A DNA stretch of 64,000 nucleotides, taken from the NCBI RefSeq assembly GCF_963921235.1, contig NC_086108.1:109680001-109744000 (forward strand), given 5' to 3'. A program made the position numbers and the translations under genes. Under the pieces are notes generated by a model. It saw only the letters and a program-made list of their open reading frames with translations, had not been told where the DNA came from and did not search any database. The DNA comes from Mobula hypostoma. Taxonomy: Eukaryota. Below are positions 12,186 through 24,509 of the stretch, one piece after another; position 1 is the first letter of the stretch; the number at the start of each line of letters is the position of its first letter.

Positions 12186-15032
12186 CCTGTGTTGATACCA
12201 TGTTACTAAGGCATACCTGCAGTATTTTGCAAGAGGACATGAACAGAGCTCTTGCTCGACTTTCAAACTTTGTCCAGCTACAATCTCTGGTTATTGCGTA
12301 GCGCTTTACAGTGTCTGTGATTGGAAGATCGGAGTTCAATCCTTGCCACTTGGTCACACGGCTGTAATTGGGCATTGGGACAGAAGGGCCGGTTACTGTG
12401 CTGTATCCCTAAAATTAAAAAAAATGAAAACATGAATGCAACCCAGAGGCTTTATCAGCTGTTAGTCTCATGACATTTGGAGTATTGCAAATAGTTTTGA
12501 GCCCCATGTGTAACAAAGGATGGTGAGAGTCCAGATGAGACTCACGAAAAATCGCGCTGGGAATGAAAGGGTTAATGTATAAAGATTGCTTGATGGCTGT
12601 GGGTCTGAAATCACTGGAGTTAGGGTTAGAATTGGGCGAGTTGTGAATTGCCCACATTGGCGCCAGCTTTCATTGATTCTGTTGTGGATTTATTAAGTAT
12701 GCCTGCCAGAAAATGAAACACAGGGTTGATGTACTCTGGTAGTAAATTTACTATGAACTTTGAGCTTTTGAACTTTGAGTTGTGAATATGCTACCTTGGT
12801 GCTGGAAGCACAGCGACCCTTGTGGGAAGCCCCCAGCGTATCATAGGACTGTGTTGGTTGTTGACGCAAACACCGCATTTCACTGGCTGTTTCAATGTTT
12901 TGATGTCAGTACATGTGACAAATAAAGCTAATCTTATCTTTATTCATTTGCTCCAGTACATATCTTCCAGTCGCCTTGATTTCCAATCACGAGCACAGAG
13001 CAATGATTGCAGGTAATCTGAGCCTTTTTAATGAATCATTTCTTTTATGAGAATTAAATGTCAGTTAAAGTTTTAAATTAAGGGCAAATTCAGAATCAAT
13101 CCTAATATCTACTTTCGAAAATTACGCAATAAGAGCCACCCCATTAATTTTAGTGTGATGTGGCGTACTTTACATTGAAAGCCAGAAGCCAGGTGCTCAG
13201 TTCCGCAATTGTGCATTGCATGCTAAATAACATTGTAATGATGGGATATCATATGACATTTCTCGAGGTAATCTCTCATTTCAAACTCAAAGCAGATTTG
13301 CAAGAAACAATAACTAATTAGAAAGGTATTTACTGCAGTTTTACACCTTAATCCCTTCTAGTGACACCTTTCCCAATGACATTTCAAAGGCAGTGAACCA
13401 AGCTTTCCTGTTGTGGTTAACACTTTCATCAGGTTCGTGACCAATCTGCTTCAGGTTGCATCCATCACTCCCGAAGTAGGTACTCCAGATGCTGGAAATC
13501 TTGAGCAACACACACACAAAATGCTGGAAGAACTCAGCAGGTCAGGCAGCAGCGGTGGAGAGGAATAAACCGTTGACATTACAGGCTGAGACCTTGTGGG
13601 TAGTCAGAGGCCTGACGTCTGCGAGTCCAGGCCAGGGACGGCCCTCCAGGTCAGCGAGTCCTGGGGTCACATGTCCATATGAGTCTGGAGTTCAAAGTCC
13701 TGTGATCAGCAAGTTTTGAGGTCAAACCGAAGGTTGAATTCAGCAAGTCTGGAGGTTGAGGCCCAATGGTCGAGGCTCTGGGTCAGCGTGTCTGAGCAGA
13801 GGGCACAGCCTCAGAATAAAGTTTCACAGTTCAAAGTAAACTTACTATCAAAATACACATATGTCGTCATATACACCCTGAGATTCATTTTCTTGCGGGC
13901 ATACTCAATAAATCGTAGAAACGCAATGGAATCAATGGAAAAACTGCACCGTCACAGGACAAACAACAACCTGTGCAAAAGACAGCAAACTGTGCAAATA
14001 CGAAAAAAATAATAAACAGCAATAAATAGAACAGAGATGAGGCAGAGTTTCTTTAGCCAGTGTGAGGTGAATCTGCGGAATTCCTCGTCACAGTCATTGG
14101 GTATATTTGAAGTGGAAGTTGATGTGTGACAGACTCAATACACAGAAGCCATGATGGATCAGGGCACTAGATGTGGGTGGCTCCACAGCCCAGACCTTGC
14201 TCTGTCTATCACCTAGTTCCCAGATTCGAGGGAGAAATGCTCCAGTCGGATTATTCCTTCAACCCCTTCACTGTGTGTATATGCAAGGCAGCTTCTATCC
14301 TTTGGTGACTCATTCACTCTGCCCGTACAATGCAAATTAAACTTGGAGCAGGAGAGACAGATTAATTTGAACCAGTTTTCAGTGTTAAGAATAATTCTTC
14401 AGGCATTTTGATGATCTGCAGCTAAACCCTGGCATTGAAAGAATTTCACTTTCAAGTGAGTATTTTATCAGTACATTATACCATTAGCCTAATGCTCTCA
14501 GCACCACTAAAATATGGATTGATCTAAGTTTATCTCAGAGAAAAATCACTAATCCCTTTTCATGAATATTCTGCTGTGTGCTATATCTGTGAAAGACCCA
14601 CCTGAATATGGCTTTGACTTACCCCTTGTAATGCGTACAAATGACTCATTAAATACTAAAATCTCACGGCTTTCTATATATATATTAAATGTCAGTGATT
14701 ATCCTGAGGGCCACACTCTGCAGAATATCCCCAGAAATCTCATGCATAAATCATGAAGGTCGATCTCAAGCGACATACCTTCGGCACGTTGAGTGGTTGA
14801 GGAAAATGGACAGCGATGATTAGATGAGGCACCAAGAAGTTCAGAATCAGATTCAGATTTTTTTCTCACGCACACTTCGAAACATGCAGTGAAATGTTTC
14901 AACAACCCACACGACCTGAGGGCATGCTCTGGACAGCCCACATCTCCATAACGTTCCGGCACTAACATAGCGAGCCCATAATGAACACACAGAACACAAC
15001 GAAACAAGCTCTGTTCTTCACCCACACACATA

Positions 15033-15575
15033 GAACCATAGAACATTACAGCACAGAAACAGGCCTTTTGGCCCTTCCTGGCTGTGCCGAACCATTTTTC
15101 TGCCTAGTCCCACTGACCCGCACCTGGACCATATCCCTCCGTACACCTCTCATCCGTGTACCTGTCCAAGTTTTTAAATGTTAAAAGTGAGCCCCCATTT
15201 ACCACTTCATCTGGCAGCTCATTCCACACTCCCACCACTCTCTGTGTGAAGAAGCTCCCCCTAATGTTCCCTTTAAACATTCCCCCCTTCACCCTTAACC
15301 CATGTCCTCTGGTTTTTTTTCTCCCCTTGCCTCAGTGGAAAAAGCCTGCTTGCATTCACTCTATCTATACCCATCATAATTTTATATACCTCTATCAAAT
15401 CTCCCCTCATTCTTCTACGCTCCAGGGAATAAAGTCCTAACCTATTCAACCTTTCTCTGTAACTCAGTTTCTCAAGTCCTGGCAACATCCTTGTAAACCT
15501 TCTCTGCACTCTTTCAACCTTATTAATATCCTTCCTGTAATTTGGTGACCAAAACTGAACACAATACTCCAAATA
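15033..15575 (-). mobile_element. CR1 LINE 3' end
   Basis: LEYCVQFWSPNYRKDINKVERVQRRFTRMLPGL...RGDLIEVYKIM; tail (ttctatgg)n seen on the plus strand as catagaaccatagaa. Confidence 0.92.
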
Positions 15576-15582
15576 CGAGAAT

Positions 15583-15896
15583 ATCAACATTAATACGAGA
15601 ATTCGAGGTTAAAGACCCTAGCCTTCCTAGTTCTTCAGGATAGAAGGTTATACTAGCACCTCCATCATCCCACAAGCAGAGGAACCATTCGGTCAGTGAT
15701 TCCCCAGACCTTCATTTAAAACGAGCAGTCATCTCAGATAGCTCCTTATCATTATACTTCTGGTACTCGAGAGTCTGTACTCCTGGCTGCCCATGGACGT
15801 TTTTCTGAGAAGTCACCACAGCAGGCCGAGCCTGCAATGGTTCTGGGGCAAAAGCAGTTTCCCCCTCACCAAAGGACCCATTATCACTATCATCAT
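15583..15896 (-). pseudogene. ERV-L/Fv1-like (class III retrovirus) gag fragment with one in-frame stop
   Basis: Reading through TGA at 15712-15714 gives PLQARPAVVT...YQKYNDKELSEMTARFK*RSGESLTEWFLCLWDDGGASITFYPEELGRLGSLTSNSRIN, resembling the ERV-L Gag block Y..xEL....Y.QK.GE...W.LR.WD.G...I......E...LG.L. Confidence 0.72.
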
Positions 15897-15939
15897 ACAC
15901 ACATACATGGTCCTCTAACACCATGACAGGCTGTCTTTG

Positions 15940-16280
15940 TGACTTCCCCAGGGGACTCACAGACATTCGCAGTCTCGGAATTTTGACTTCCCCAGGGGAC
16001 TCACAAAGATTCTCAGACTGCAGACCCCGACTTTCCTAGTTAACTCAGAGATCTGCAGACTAGGGGCCTCAACTTTCCCAGTTAACTCAGAGATTTTCTG
16101 ACACAGGGCCCCAACTTTTCCAGTTAACTGAGAGATTTGCAGATACAGGCCCTGACTTTCCCAGTTAACTGAGAGGTTTGAAGACTTGGGGTCCCAATTT
16201 TTCCGGTTAATTCAGAGATTTGCAGACACAGGGCCCCGACTTTCCCAGTGGACTTGGAGAGATTCACAAACTTGGGGTCA
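15940..16280. repeat. Degenerate ~42-bp tandem repeat (~8 units)
   Basis: Recurring gactttcccagttaactcagagatttgcagac..gggcccc. Confidence 0.85.
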
Positions 16281-17429
16281 TTGGGCCTTGACTGGTCTTT
16301 CGATCAATCATCGGGCTTTGACCCAGACCTCTGATCAACCTTCAAGCTTCAATGTGTGGGGGTGGGGGTTGAATGTTTTTAATATATTTAAAAAACACAT
16401 ACAAATGTGAAGAAGGAATTAGTAAATCGGTGGGTTTTAAAGGCTTGGAGCAAGAAAGACTTGAGGTCATAGCACGGACTCATTCCCTTTGGCCCATCCA
16501 GTCCATGCTGTCCATAGTGCCTAACCAGCTAGTCACAATTTCCGGCATTCAACCCACATCCTCGGAAGCCCTGCCCCTATATGTACCTACTGTTGGATCT
16601 GATGGCTTAATTCTGAAATCAGACTGGTTACTTATACTTTCTTTGCAGCTTAACAATTCATTATCCACTTGAATTTAAGTAGTTCTTATATGCATATAAC
16701 AGTTTAGTATGCCTCCTGTGTCTATACAAAGTATAATTCTGGAAAGTTCTGGAAGTTTCTTTGTTGTACATTACTTGAATAAGTGCTTTTTCATCAGTTA
16801 ATTTTATGTCTTTGCTCTGTACTATGGTCACAAAATCACAAGCTTCTTGTCGTGTAGGAAAGTGAAACAAACTGATTCTGATTCTGGTTTTGATTCTATT
16901 TCAGGTACTTATTAAAGAGATAAAGAGATTAGTTGTAATTGTCACATGTACATTGAAATGCATCACTTGCATCAATGACCAACGCAGTCCATAGATGTGC
17001 TGGGGACAGGCCGAAAGTGTTACCACTCTTCTGGTGACAACATTAGCATGCCCTCTACTTACTAACCCCAACCCACGTGCCTTTCATGTACAATGTGCAC
17101 AACTGCTATGCACGGTTTGAGGCTTGTAACACAATGCCTGCCCCAAGAGTTAACCCCACTTTCCAAGTGAGCGGATGCTTTTTGTAACACCAGCAGATGT
17201 GAGGAGGACTCTGGAGAGAGCCGATTCCCATAAGGCTGCTGGTCCAGACAGCATCCCAGGCTGAGCCCAAAACATCCCAGCTATTAATTCTCCAGAGATG
17301 CTGCCCGGACTGCAGAATTCCTGGAGCATTTTGTGTGTGTTACTCACTATATATGTCACTTTATGTACATACAAATGCTTGTACAATCAGTCTGTGTATA
17401 TAGGTTATGCTGCAACTGTACAGGGTAGT

Positions 17430-19125
17430 TCTGCTCTCCCTACTTGAGGAAGGATATACTGGCTTTGGAGGTGGTGCAGAGGAGGTTCACCAGGTTGATT
17501 CCAGAGATGACAGGGTTAGACTATGAGGAGAGGTTGAGTCTCCTGGGACAGTACTCGTTGGAATTCAGAAGAATGAGAGGAGATCTTATAGAAACAGATA
17601 AAATTATGAAAGGGATAGATAAGATAGAGGCAGGAAAGTTGTTTCCACTTGTAGGTGAGACTAGACCTAGGGAACATAGCCTCAAGATTCGGGACAGTAG
17701 ATTTAGGATGGAGATGAAGAGGGACTGCTTTTCCCAGAGAGTGGTGTGTCATGGTCCGGTCCGAGAAATCCGTATTCCGGTTCATGGTCCGGCCCATGTT
17801 CCTCATTCCAGGTTTTCCTGTTTTCCCCAGTTTCTGTTGAGGCAATTGATTCTTGTTTGGGCTGGCTTCATAAATACCTTCAGGATTCAGCCTTTGGCTG
17901 CTGGATTGTTCCTGTCCAAACTCCCTGTCTGAATCCCTTGTCTGCCCCTTCCTCCTGAAGTCTTGCCATGCCCCTGCAACCTGTGTCTGAAGCCTTGCCT
18001 TGCCTCAAGCCTCACCTGTAACCCTTGCCTGCACTGCTGTCTAGTTCCATTGCTGGAGTAGATAAGGAACTGTCTATCATTGTTTTGAACTGTGTCTGTG
18101 TCCTCGCCTTTGCTGGGTAGGTCTAGCTGTTTGCCGCTACCTAGTGTTGGGAACCATCTGTATCTATGCCTTCGCTAGGTAGGTCTGGCCGTTTGCCGCT
18201 ACCTAGTGTTGCGAACTGTCTTGTCGTATTCTGCATTCTGTGTAATGAGTCCTGGCCCTACATCCTGTTTCCAAGGAGGGTTCCTGGCTCTGTGTTCCAT
18301 GTTCCTGTCTCTCCCTCGACAAAGGCTCTGCGTTCCTGACTCTCCCTCAATCAAGTCAAGGCTTCGGGGTCTCATCCAGTCCTAGCCACGTCTTGTCCTT
18401 GCCTAGTTCTGGAGTTCGAACCCAAGTCAAGACCCCAGGTACTGGGTCCTTGTCCAGTCTCTGGCTCGGAGTCCAAACCCAAGCCTCGTCATGTCCTCAC
18501 CTCGAGGATCCCAAGCCTCGTCATGTCCTTGCCTCGAGGAACCCAAGCTTCATCATGTCCTCGCCTCAATCTGGGGTCCGAACCTGAGTCAAGACCCAGG
18601 TTTTGGGTCCTTGTCCAGTCTGTGGCTCGGAGTCCTTGTCCAGGTTCCCAGTTCCTAGTTCCTTGTCCTGGTCCCACTTGCCTAGCCAATGTCCTAGCCC
18701 AAGTCTGTGTTCTTGTCCCAGCTCCTAGTCTGCATCCAGCCACGTCCCTATCCTAGTCAAGTCCTAGCCCAGGCCCTGTATCCTTGACTCGTCCAGGGCC
18801 TGTGTCATGTCCATCGTCCTTTCTTCCCCACTTCCCCTGCTTTCTTGACTAACTTAGTCCTATTCCTTGTACTTCAGTGTCTGTGCCTTGCATTTGGGTC
18901 GGCCATGAATGCCCCCCTTGTGACATGGTGAACCTGTGGAATTCTCTGCCCAAAGATGCAGTGGGGGCTACCTCCGTAAATATATTTCAGACAATGTTGG
19001 ATGGGTTTTTGCACAGTAGGAGAATTAAAGGTTATCAGGAAAAGGCAGGTAGGTTATTGAATGGCGGAGCAGACTCAAATGGCCAGATGGCCAGCTCCTG
19101 CTCCTATTTCTTATGTTCTTATGCT
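17430..19125 (+). mobile_element. CR1 LINE 3' fragment interrupted by a solo LTR
   Basis: RKDILALEVVQRRFTRLIP...FSQRVV|VNLWNSLP resumes at 18926; tail ttcttatgttcttatg. Confidence 0.9.
17747..18925. mobile_element. Long solo LTR (1179 bp) with internal subrepeats
   Basis: TGTCA...TGACA termini and exact 5-bp TSD TGGTG; internal duplications (tttgccgctacctagtgttg x2, cccaagcctcgtcatgtcct x3, agtcaagacc...gggtccttgtccagtct x2). Confidence 0.9.
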
Positions 19126-19859
19126 TTGATAAGCTAATATGGCCACTCGTATATGTATATATATATATGTGTGTGTGTATATATATATATATCGTCTCTA
19201 TATTTATGGTTACTGTTTTTTATGCTTATTGCATTTCTTCTTCGGATCCAGAGTAGCAGTCATTCTGTTCTCCTTTTCACTAGTGTACTGAAGGAATGAA
19301 TGTTTGGGATGTGGGAGGAAACGGAAGAACCCAAAGGAAACCCACACTGTTACAGAGAGAGCATGCAGCAGGAATTGAGCTCTGCCCTGCAAAGTCTTGT
19401 GATAACAGCCTTGCTCCTGCCGTTTTCTGTGATCTGGTACCACTCCCTGTACCACCAGAAGGTACAAACTAAACACATGAAGCTCATCAAAGCTGCAGGA
19501 ATGATGGGAGTGCAGGTTCAACACCTCAGAATTGAAGGAACAAGAGGCAGATATAAGGCCAATGAAGCATGGCAGAAAGGTCAAGTAAAAACACAACTGG
19601 TACACTTTGTAATCAACTTCAACCCAGATCTGAAGATTCACCCACCGGCCCAGTTCGGTCCACTCAGTCACACCAGCCCAGTTGAATTCAGACCACTGAT
19701 ACTGTCCATGTCTGGAGGAAAAGACCCACACCCCAACGTTCATCAACTGCTTCTTACCCACTGTCATCAGGTTCTCAAACCAGCCTCAAAATCCCCGGAT
19801 TATATTCCTCTCAGAATCAGAATTAGGTTTATTATCACAAACATAAGACCATCACAAAC

Positions 19860-20151
19860 ATAAGCACCAGAGAGACATTAGACGATCTGTAATGATCAAT
19901 AAAGCAATTGTTTGGAATCAAGTGACCTTGCCTGGTGTCTCAGGGACAGGTGTGTCCGTACCTGCATCACACCCGCCCCTGACACCCCTTCTCTGCCACT
20001 TGTCCCACCCCCTCCTGTGGTTCTCCAACTCCCCATTCCCAACATCCTGCGTTCCCTCCCGATTCACAAACTCACTCTCCAATCCATGTTGTCTGTACAG
20101 TACTGTACAAAAGTCTTCGGCACCCTAGCTATAGATATGTGCACAGTACTG
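19860..20151. mobile_element. Partial copy of the composite mini-MITE element (cargo plus right mini-MITE)
   Basis: gcaccagagagacatt...ctgtaatgatcaataaa matches 29070 and 30703; ends in cagtactgtacaaaagtc...gcacagtactg then TA. Confidence 0.75.
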
Positions 20152-21354
20152 TAGGAGCAGAATTTGGCCATTTGGCCAATCAAGTTTTTCCCAACCATTC
20201 TATCATTGCTGGTTGGTTATTCCATTCTCTCAATAACCTTTCAAAAGTTCAAAGGTTCATTTGTTATCAAAGTATACAACTCTGAAGTTCTTCTTCAGGT
20301 AGACATGAAATCAAGAAAGAAAAGATAGGCAGCACGATCATTAACCTCCAAATACCTCCTCCTCACACAAAAAAAATTAACAAAAACGTAACAGGCATGT
20401 CAACCCCCAAATCCCTCCTCCCTGCACAAAAAAAAAGAACAAAACAGAACAGGCACATCGACACACAAATCCCATTCCTCCACACAAAAAGAACTTGAAA
20501 GGTAGGGGAAAAAACACGGAATTTGAAATACTACAAGACTGAAAAAAAAGTCTATAGTCAAAGTCCATATCCAAAACACAGAAAACCAGATTAATACTCT
20601 CCGTGAGCAACGACAGGCTCTCCCCTCTCCAGTAGCAGAGCGATCAAAAGGCAGGTAGCCAGTGCTCACCTTTAGACTCCCTCGTCACTTTAACTGGCAC
20701 ACTGACACAGCTTTAGTCAGTGAAATGGAGTCAAACATCGGCTTTGACGGCCTTTCTGATCAAGAACCAATCATCCTTAAATATACCCAATGACTTGGCC
20801 TCCGTACCTATCGGTGGCAATGAATTCCATAGATCCACCAGCCTCTGGCTGAAGAAGTTTCTCTTTGTCTATCATGAGATTTATTATGCTGTGGCAGCAG
20901 TAGAGTGCAAAGACATTAAAAAAAGCTATCAGTTACAACATTTAGAAATAAGTAAGTAAATAGTGAGAAAGAAGAATAGCGAGGTGTGCAGCGGACAGAA
21001 TCTCACTGGCTGTCACTCGGCCTTGGACCACCAGGACAACAGCAATACTTAAATCCAGCCGAATCATTCTCCCTCCTCTCTCAATCGTGCACAAATTTAA
21101 TATTCTATTCTGCTGTTTATTTTGCACAGATGTAAGTTATGTATAATTTATGTTAACTTAAGTATATGTTGGCTTATATTTGTCCTTGTCTCGAAAGCAG
21201 CCAGTTTTCATGGCATTTATACTCTGTGTCTGCATGCACATGTCAATGAACTTGAATTTGAACAGGGTGTTTCAGTCACTGCACTGGTCACTCTCCTCAG
21301 GTTCCTTCACTTACCTGGGGTAACAGAGGCGGAATCTATATACACAGAGAGTGT

Positions 21355-21695
21355 GCATCATCATCGCTGTGTGCCGTGCCGTGCCGTATGACGTGGGTGA
21401 TCATGGTCCGTGAATTTGATTGTTCTTGGCTAATTTTTCCACAGAAGTGGTTTGCCGTCGCCTTCTTCTGGGCAGTGCCTTTACAAAATGGGTGACCGCA
21501 GCCATTATCAATACGCCTCAGAGATTGTCAGTGGCCGCATAACCAGGACTTGTGACGTGCACCAGCTGCTCAGACGACCATCCATTACCGGCTCCCATGG
21601 CTTCACATGAACCTGATCAAGGGCTAAGCAGGTGCTACGCCTTGCCCAAGGGTGACCTGCAGGCTAGCGGAGGGAAGGACCTCCTTACACTCCTT
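21355..21695 (-). mobile_element. RTE-associated non-autonomous retroelement
   Basis: (cat)n tail followed by gtgccgt...gatcatggtc, similar to the reverse complement of the RTE 3' end at 32650-32704. Confidence 0.5.
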
Positions 21696-22604
21696 TTGTT
21701 GCGTCCTAGCTCAATCCCGACACCCATGTTAGGTACAGGAAGTATTTAATAAAGCAGCCACTGAGAAGGCAACTTGTGTGAGCAGGTCCAATAGAAATCA
21801 TAAAATATTCCCATTTTAGATTGCTGCAACTGAAATCCACAGCTACTGCCATGGACAACATAGTCAGTGACATTGTTTTAAGGCGATTAAAAAAATTATC
21901 ACTACTCAAAGTCAAAGATCCTCGGACGGCGGTCTCTGATTGCTGGTGCAGTTCCCCTTTAAGACAACAGAAGCGAGGCTGCTGCTCTAGTTTAAAAGTT
22001 TGTTTAAGGAGACCAGGGTTCTGCCTTCTTTACCACCTATTCTGCCGGCAAACGTACTTTCTGCATTCCATGGGAGAGGATGTGCGGAGAGTCTTTATAG
22101 AATGGTACCGAATGGAACTCCCAACTTCAGAGTGACCCAAGCTGTAATAGTGGCATGCCAACATCAAACCCCCAGTCCCTTTTGTCTTACAGGCTCTGGT
22201 AACTAAAACCGATGCTCCAAGAGCAAGATTGCTGCACCAGAGGGACGTAAGAACTTATTGAGTTTCTGTTTCATGGGACGCCATTAAGAAAGCGACTCTT
22301 TTTTAAACTCTTATTTTGCCATTGGTGTAATTTGGTTTTTTTGCACGTTGGGAGTTTGATGTTTTTCTTTGCACGGCTTCCATGGTTTTCTTTTCTTTCA
22401 TTGCTGTCTGTGGGAAGCTGAATTGCAGGGTTGTATACTGCATACATCTCTGTATACTTTGAATCTTGAATCTAGATTCTGCACTCTGTTATTCTTTTGC
22501 TTTTGTACTGCCTTAATGTAATTTTGTTTTGAAATTATCTGCATGGATGGTATGCAAAACAAAATTTCTCACTCCTACTCAGTACATGTGAGACTAACGA
22601 ATTC

Positions 22605-22895
22605 TTCGGTAGCACAGCAGCTAACACGATGCTATCTCAGCACAGGGCATCCCAGAGTTGGGAGTTCAATTCCAGTGCCATTCTCGTAAGGAGTCTCTGT
22701 ACGTCCTCCTGGCCAATGTGTGGGTATTCTCCAGGTCCTCCGGTTTCCACCCACAGTCCAAAGACATACCAGGTAGGTTAATTAGTCATTGCAAATTTTC
22801 CTGGGAATAGGATAGGGTTAATAGGTTTGTCAGGGGTTGCTGGGGCAGCGCACCTTGGAAGGCCAGCAGGGTCTACTCCACATTCTAAAGTAAAT
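22605..22895 (+). mobile_element. HE1-like V-SINE
   Basis: tRNA-like head (gagttcaattcc B box) plus V-domain ctccggtttccacccacagtccaaagac. Further copies at about 23885-24170(-), 29390-29630(+), 39110-39385(+), 56800-57000(-), 59290-59535(-) and 62715-62970(-). Confidence 0.8.
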
Positions 22896-23150
22896 ACACA
22901 AGCTACCAAGTACCGAGAGAGAGGATTGTGCAGGGTGAAGGGATGAAATGAGCAGGAAAAGAAGCAAGCAATGGATCGTTACCTTTCGTAGTTACTTGTA
23001 AGTATTGTAAAAGTCACACCAATTGAGTTATTCTTTGATAGAGAGTGAATGGACCCCCTGTTGTAGTCCTAATCCATGCTTGCAATTCAATGCACAACGC
23101 TTGGCTTTCAAAATGAGGAATAAGCCATTAAATTGGTCACCTTTTACATC

Positions 23151-23822
23151 TGTAGGCCCCCTGGCCAGCCTCAGGGTCGCTTGGCTCGCTGTCGTCTAGG
23201 GAAACAGCCTCGGCCCCGCCAAATTGGGTAATTAGTTTGTGTGGATGCTGTGTGATGTACCCCACCCCGCCCAAATAACAGACAAATCACCTGATACGAT
23301 TAGATGATTTACAGTTTATAGATATTACTGGAACTATATAATTAATAGAGAATAAAATATAAAAGGAAAATCAAAGGCGCCACACTTATCAAAGTTCAAT
23401 CTCTTCGTGCACAAACAGTTGGAGCTCAGGACCCTTCTTCTTCACCCTGCGATCCCTCGGACCACCTCGACCGGCCGCCTGAGACCAACAACAGTGGTCG
23501 ACCAGACGCTCCACATGATTCCGTCTCCGTCTCCTCTCCTCGCCGAACGCCCTCTTCGGGGTCCAACCCCGTTAGTGGACTCACAGCACCTAGTCCATCC
23601 TCTGTCTCTCTCTCCCGCCTTCTCCCCCCAAAACCCTGCGCATACAATATCTTCAGACACACCAAAAACATAACAATTATCGCAATTGGTTCGTAACACC
23701 TTTCTTATCAGTTACATGATCCAAACAAACTGCTAGCGGAAAGGACTTTCTCAGCAGTTAACATAACAAAGAAGCCGTTTTAATTAGACTTCGCAGTGAC
23801 ATGAAAAAAGAAACCCCCTGCA
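23151..23822. mobile_element. Solo LTR (672 bp)
   Basis: TGTAGG...CCTGCA termini and exact 4-bp TSD CATC. Confidence 0.85.
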
Positions 23823-24509
23823 CATCATTAGGAATAGATGGATCCAACAGAAGCTGGAAGTACTGAAGTTCAAAGTTCTTTTTATTTATTTAGTTATTGA
23901 GATACTGCATGGAATAGGCCCTTCCCGCTTTTCAAGTCATGCCGCACAACAATCCATAGATTTTAAACCAAAGCTAATCAGAGGACAATTTACATTAAGT
24001 AATTAACCTATCAACCGGTCCGTCTTTGGACTGTGAGAGGAAACCGGAGCACCCGAAGGAAACCCACGCGGTCACAGGGAGAAAACAGAAGCTCCTTACG
24101 GACTTCGGCAGGAATTGAACCTGGGTTGCCTCTACTGTAAAGCGTTGGGCAAACCACTATGCTATCATGCTGCTTTTTCTTAAGCCCATCACCCCTACTG
24201 CATCTCGCTAGAGTCCTCCCTCCATTGCCAGTCATTCAGTGGTGTATTCCATTTTCGAAGACCCTTCCTCTCCCAGGGATGAGGTCCCTGAGAGCTTCTG
24301 CTGGGGTTTCTGTGGCTCTGGGTTTTTATGGGACGGGCTTGCTGGCCCCATGTCCAACCCTCCTCCTTTTGCAGCTGGGATTGGGATGGTCCGTGGCAGA
24401 GTTAAGTCCGCGAGACCCCACACTGCCACACACAACACAAAGACAGTCATACATCCAATGTACAAAAAAGACACGTCTATGTCAAGCACCTTAGCCCCAT
24501 CCACCAAAA

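Noticed and set aside
19210..19863. Overlapping 185/187-aa ORFs
   Set aside because: Stitched from V-SINE and LINE-tail fragments; no recognisable protein.
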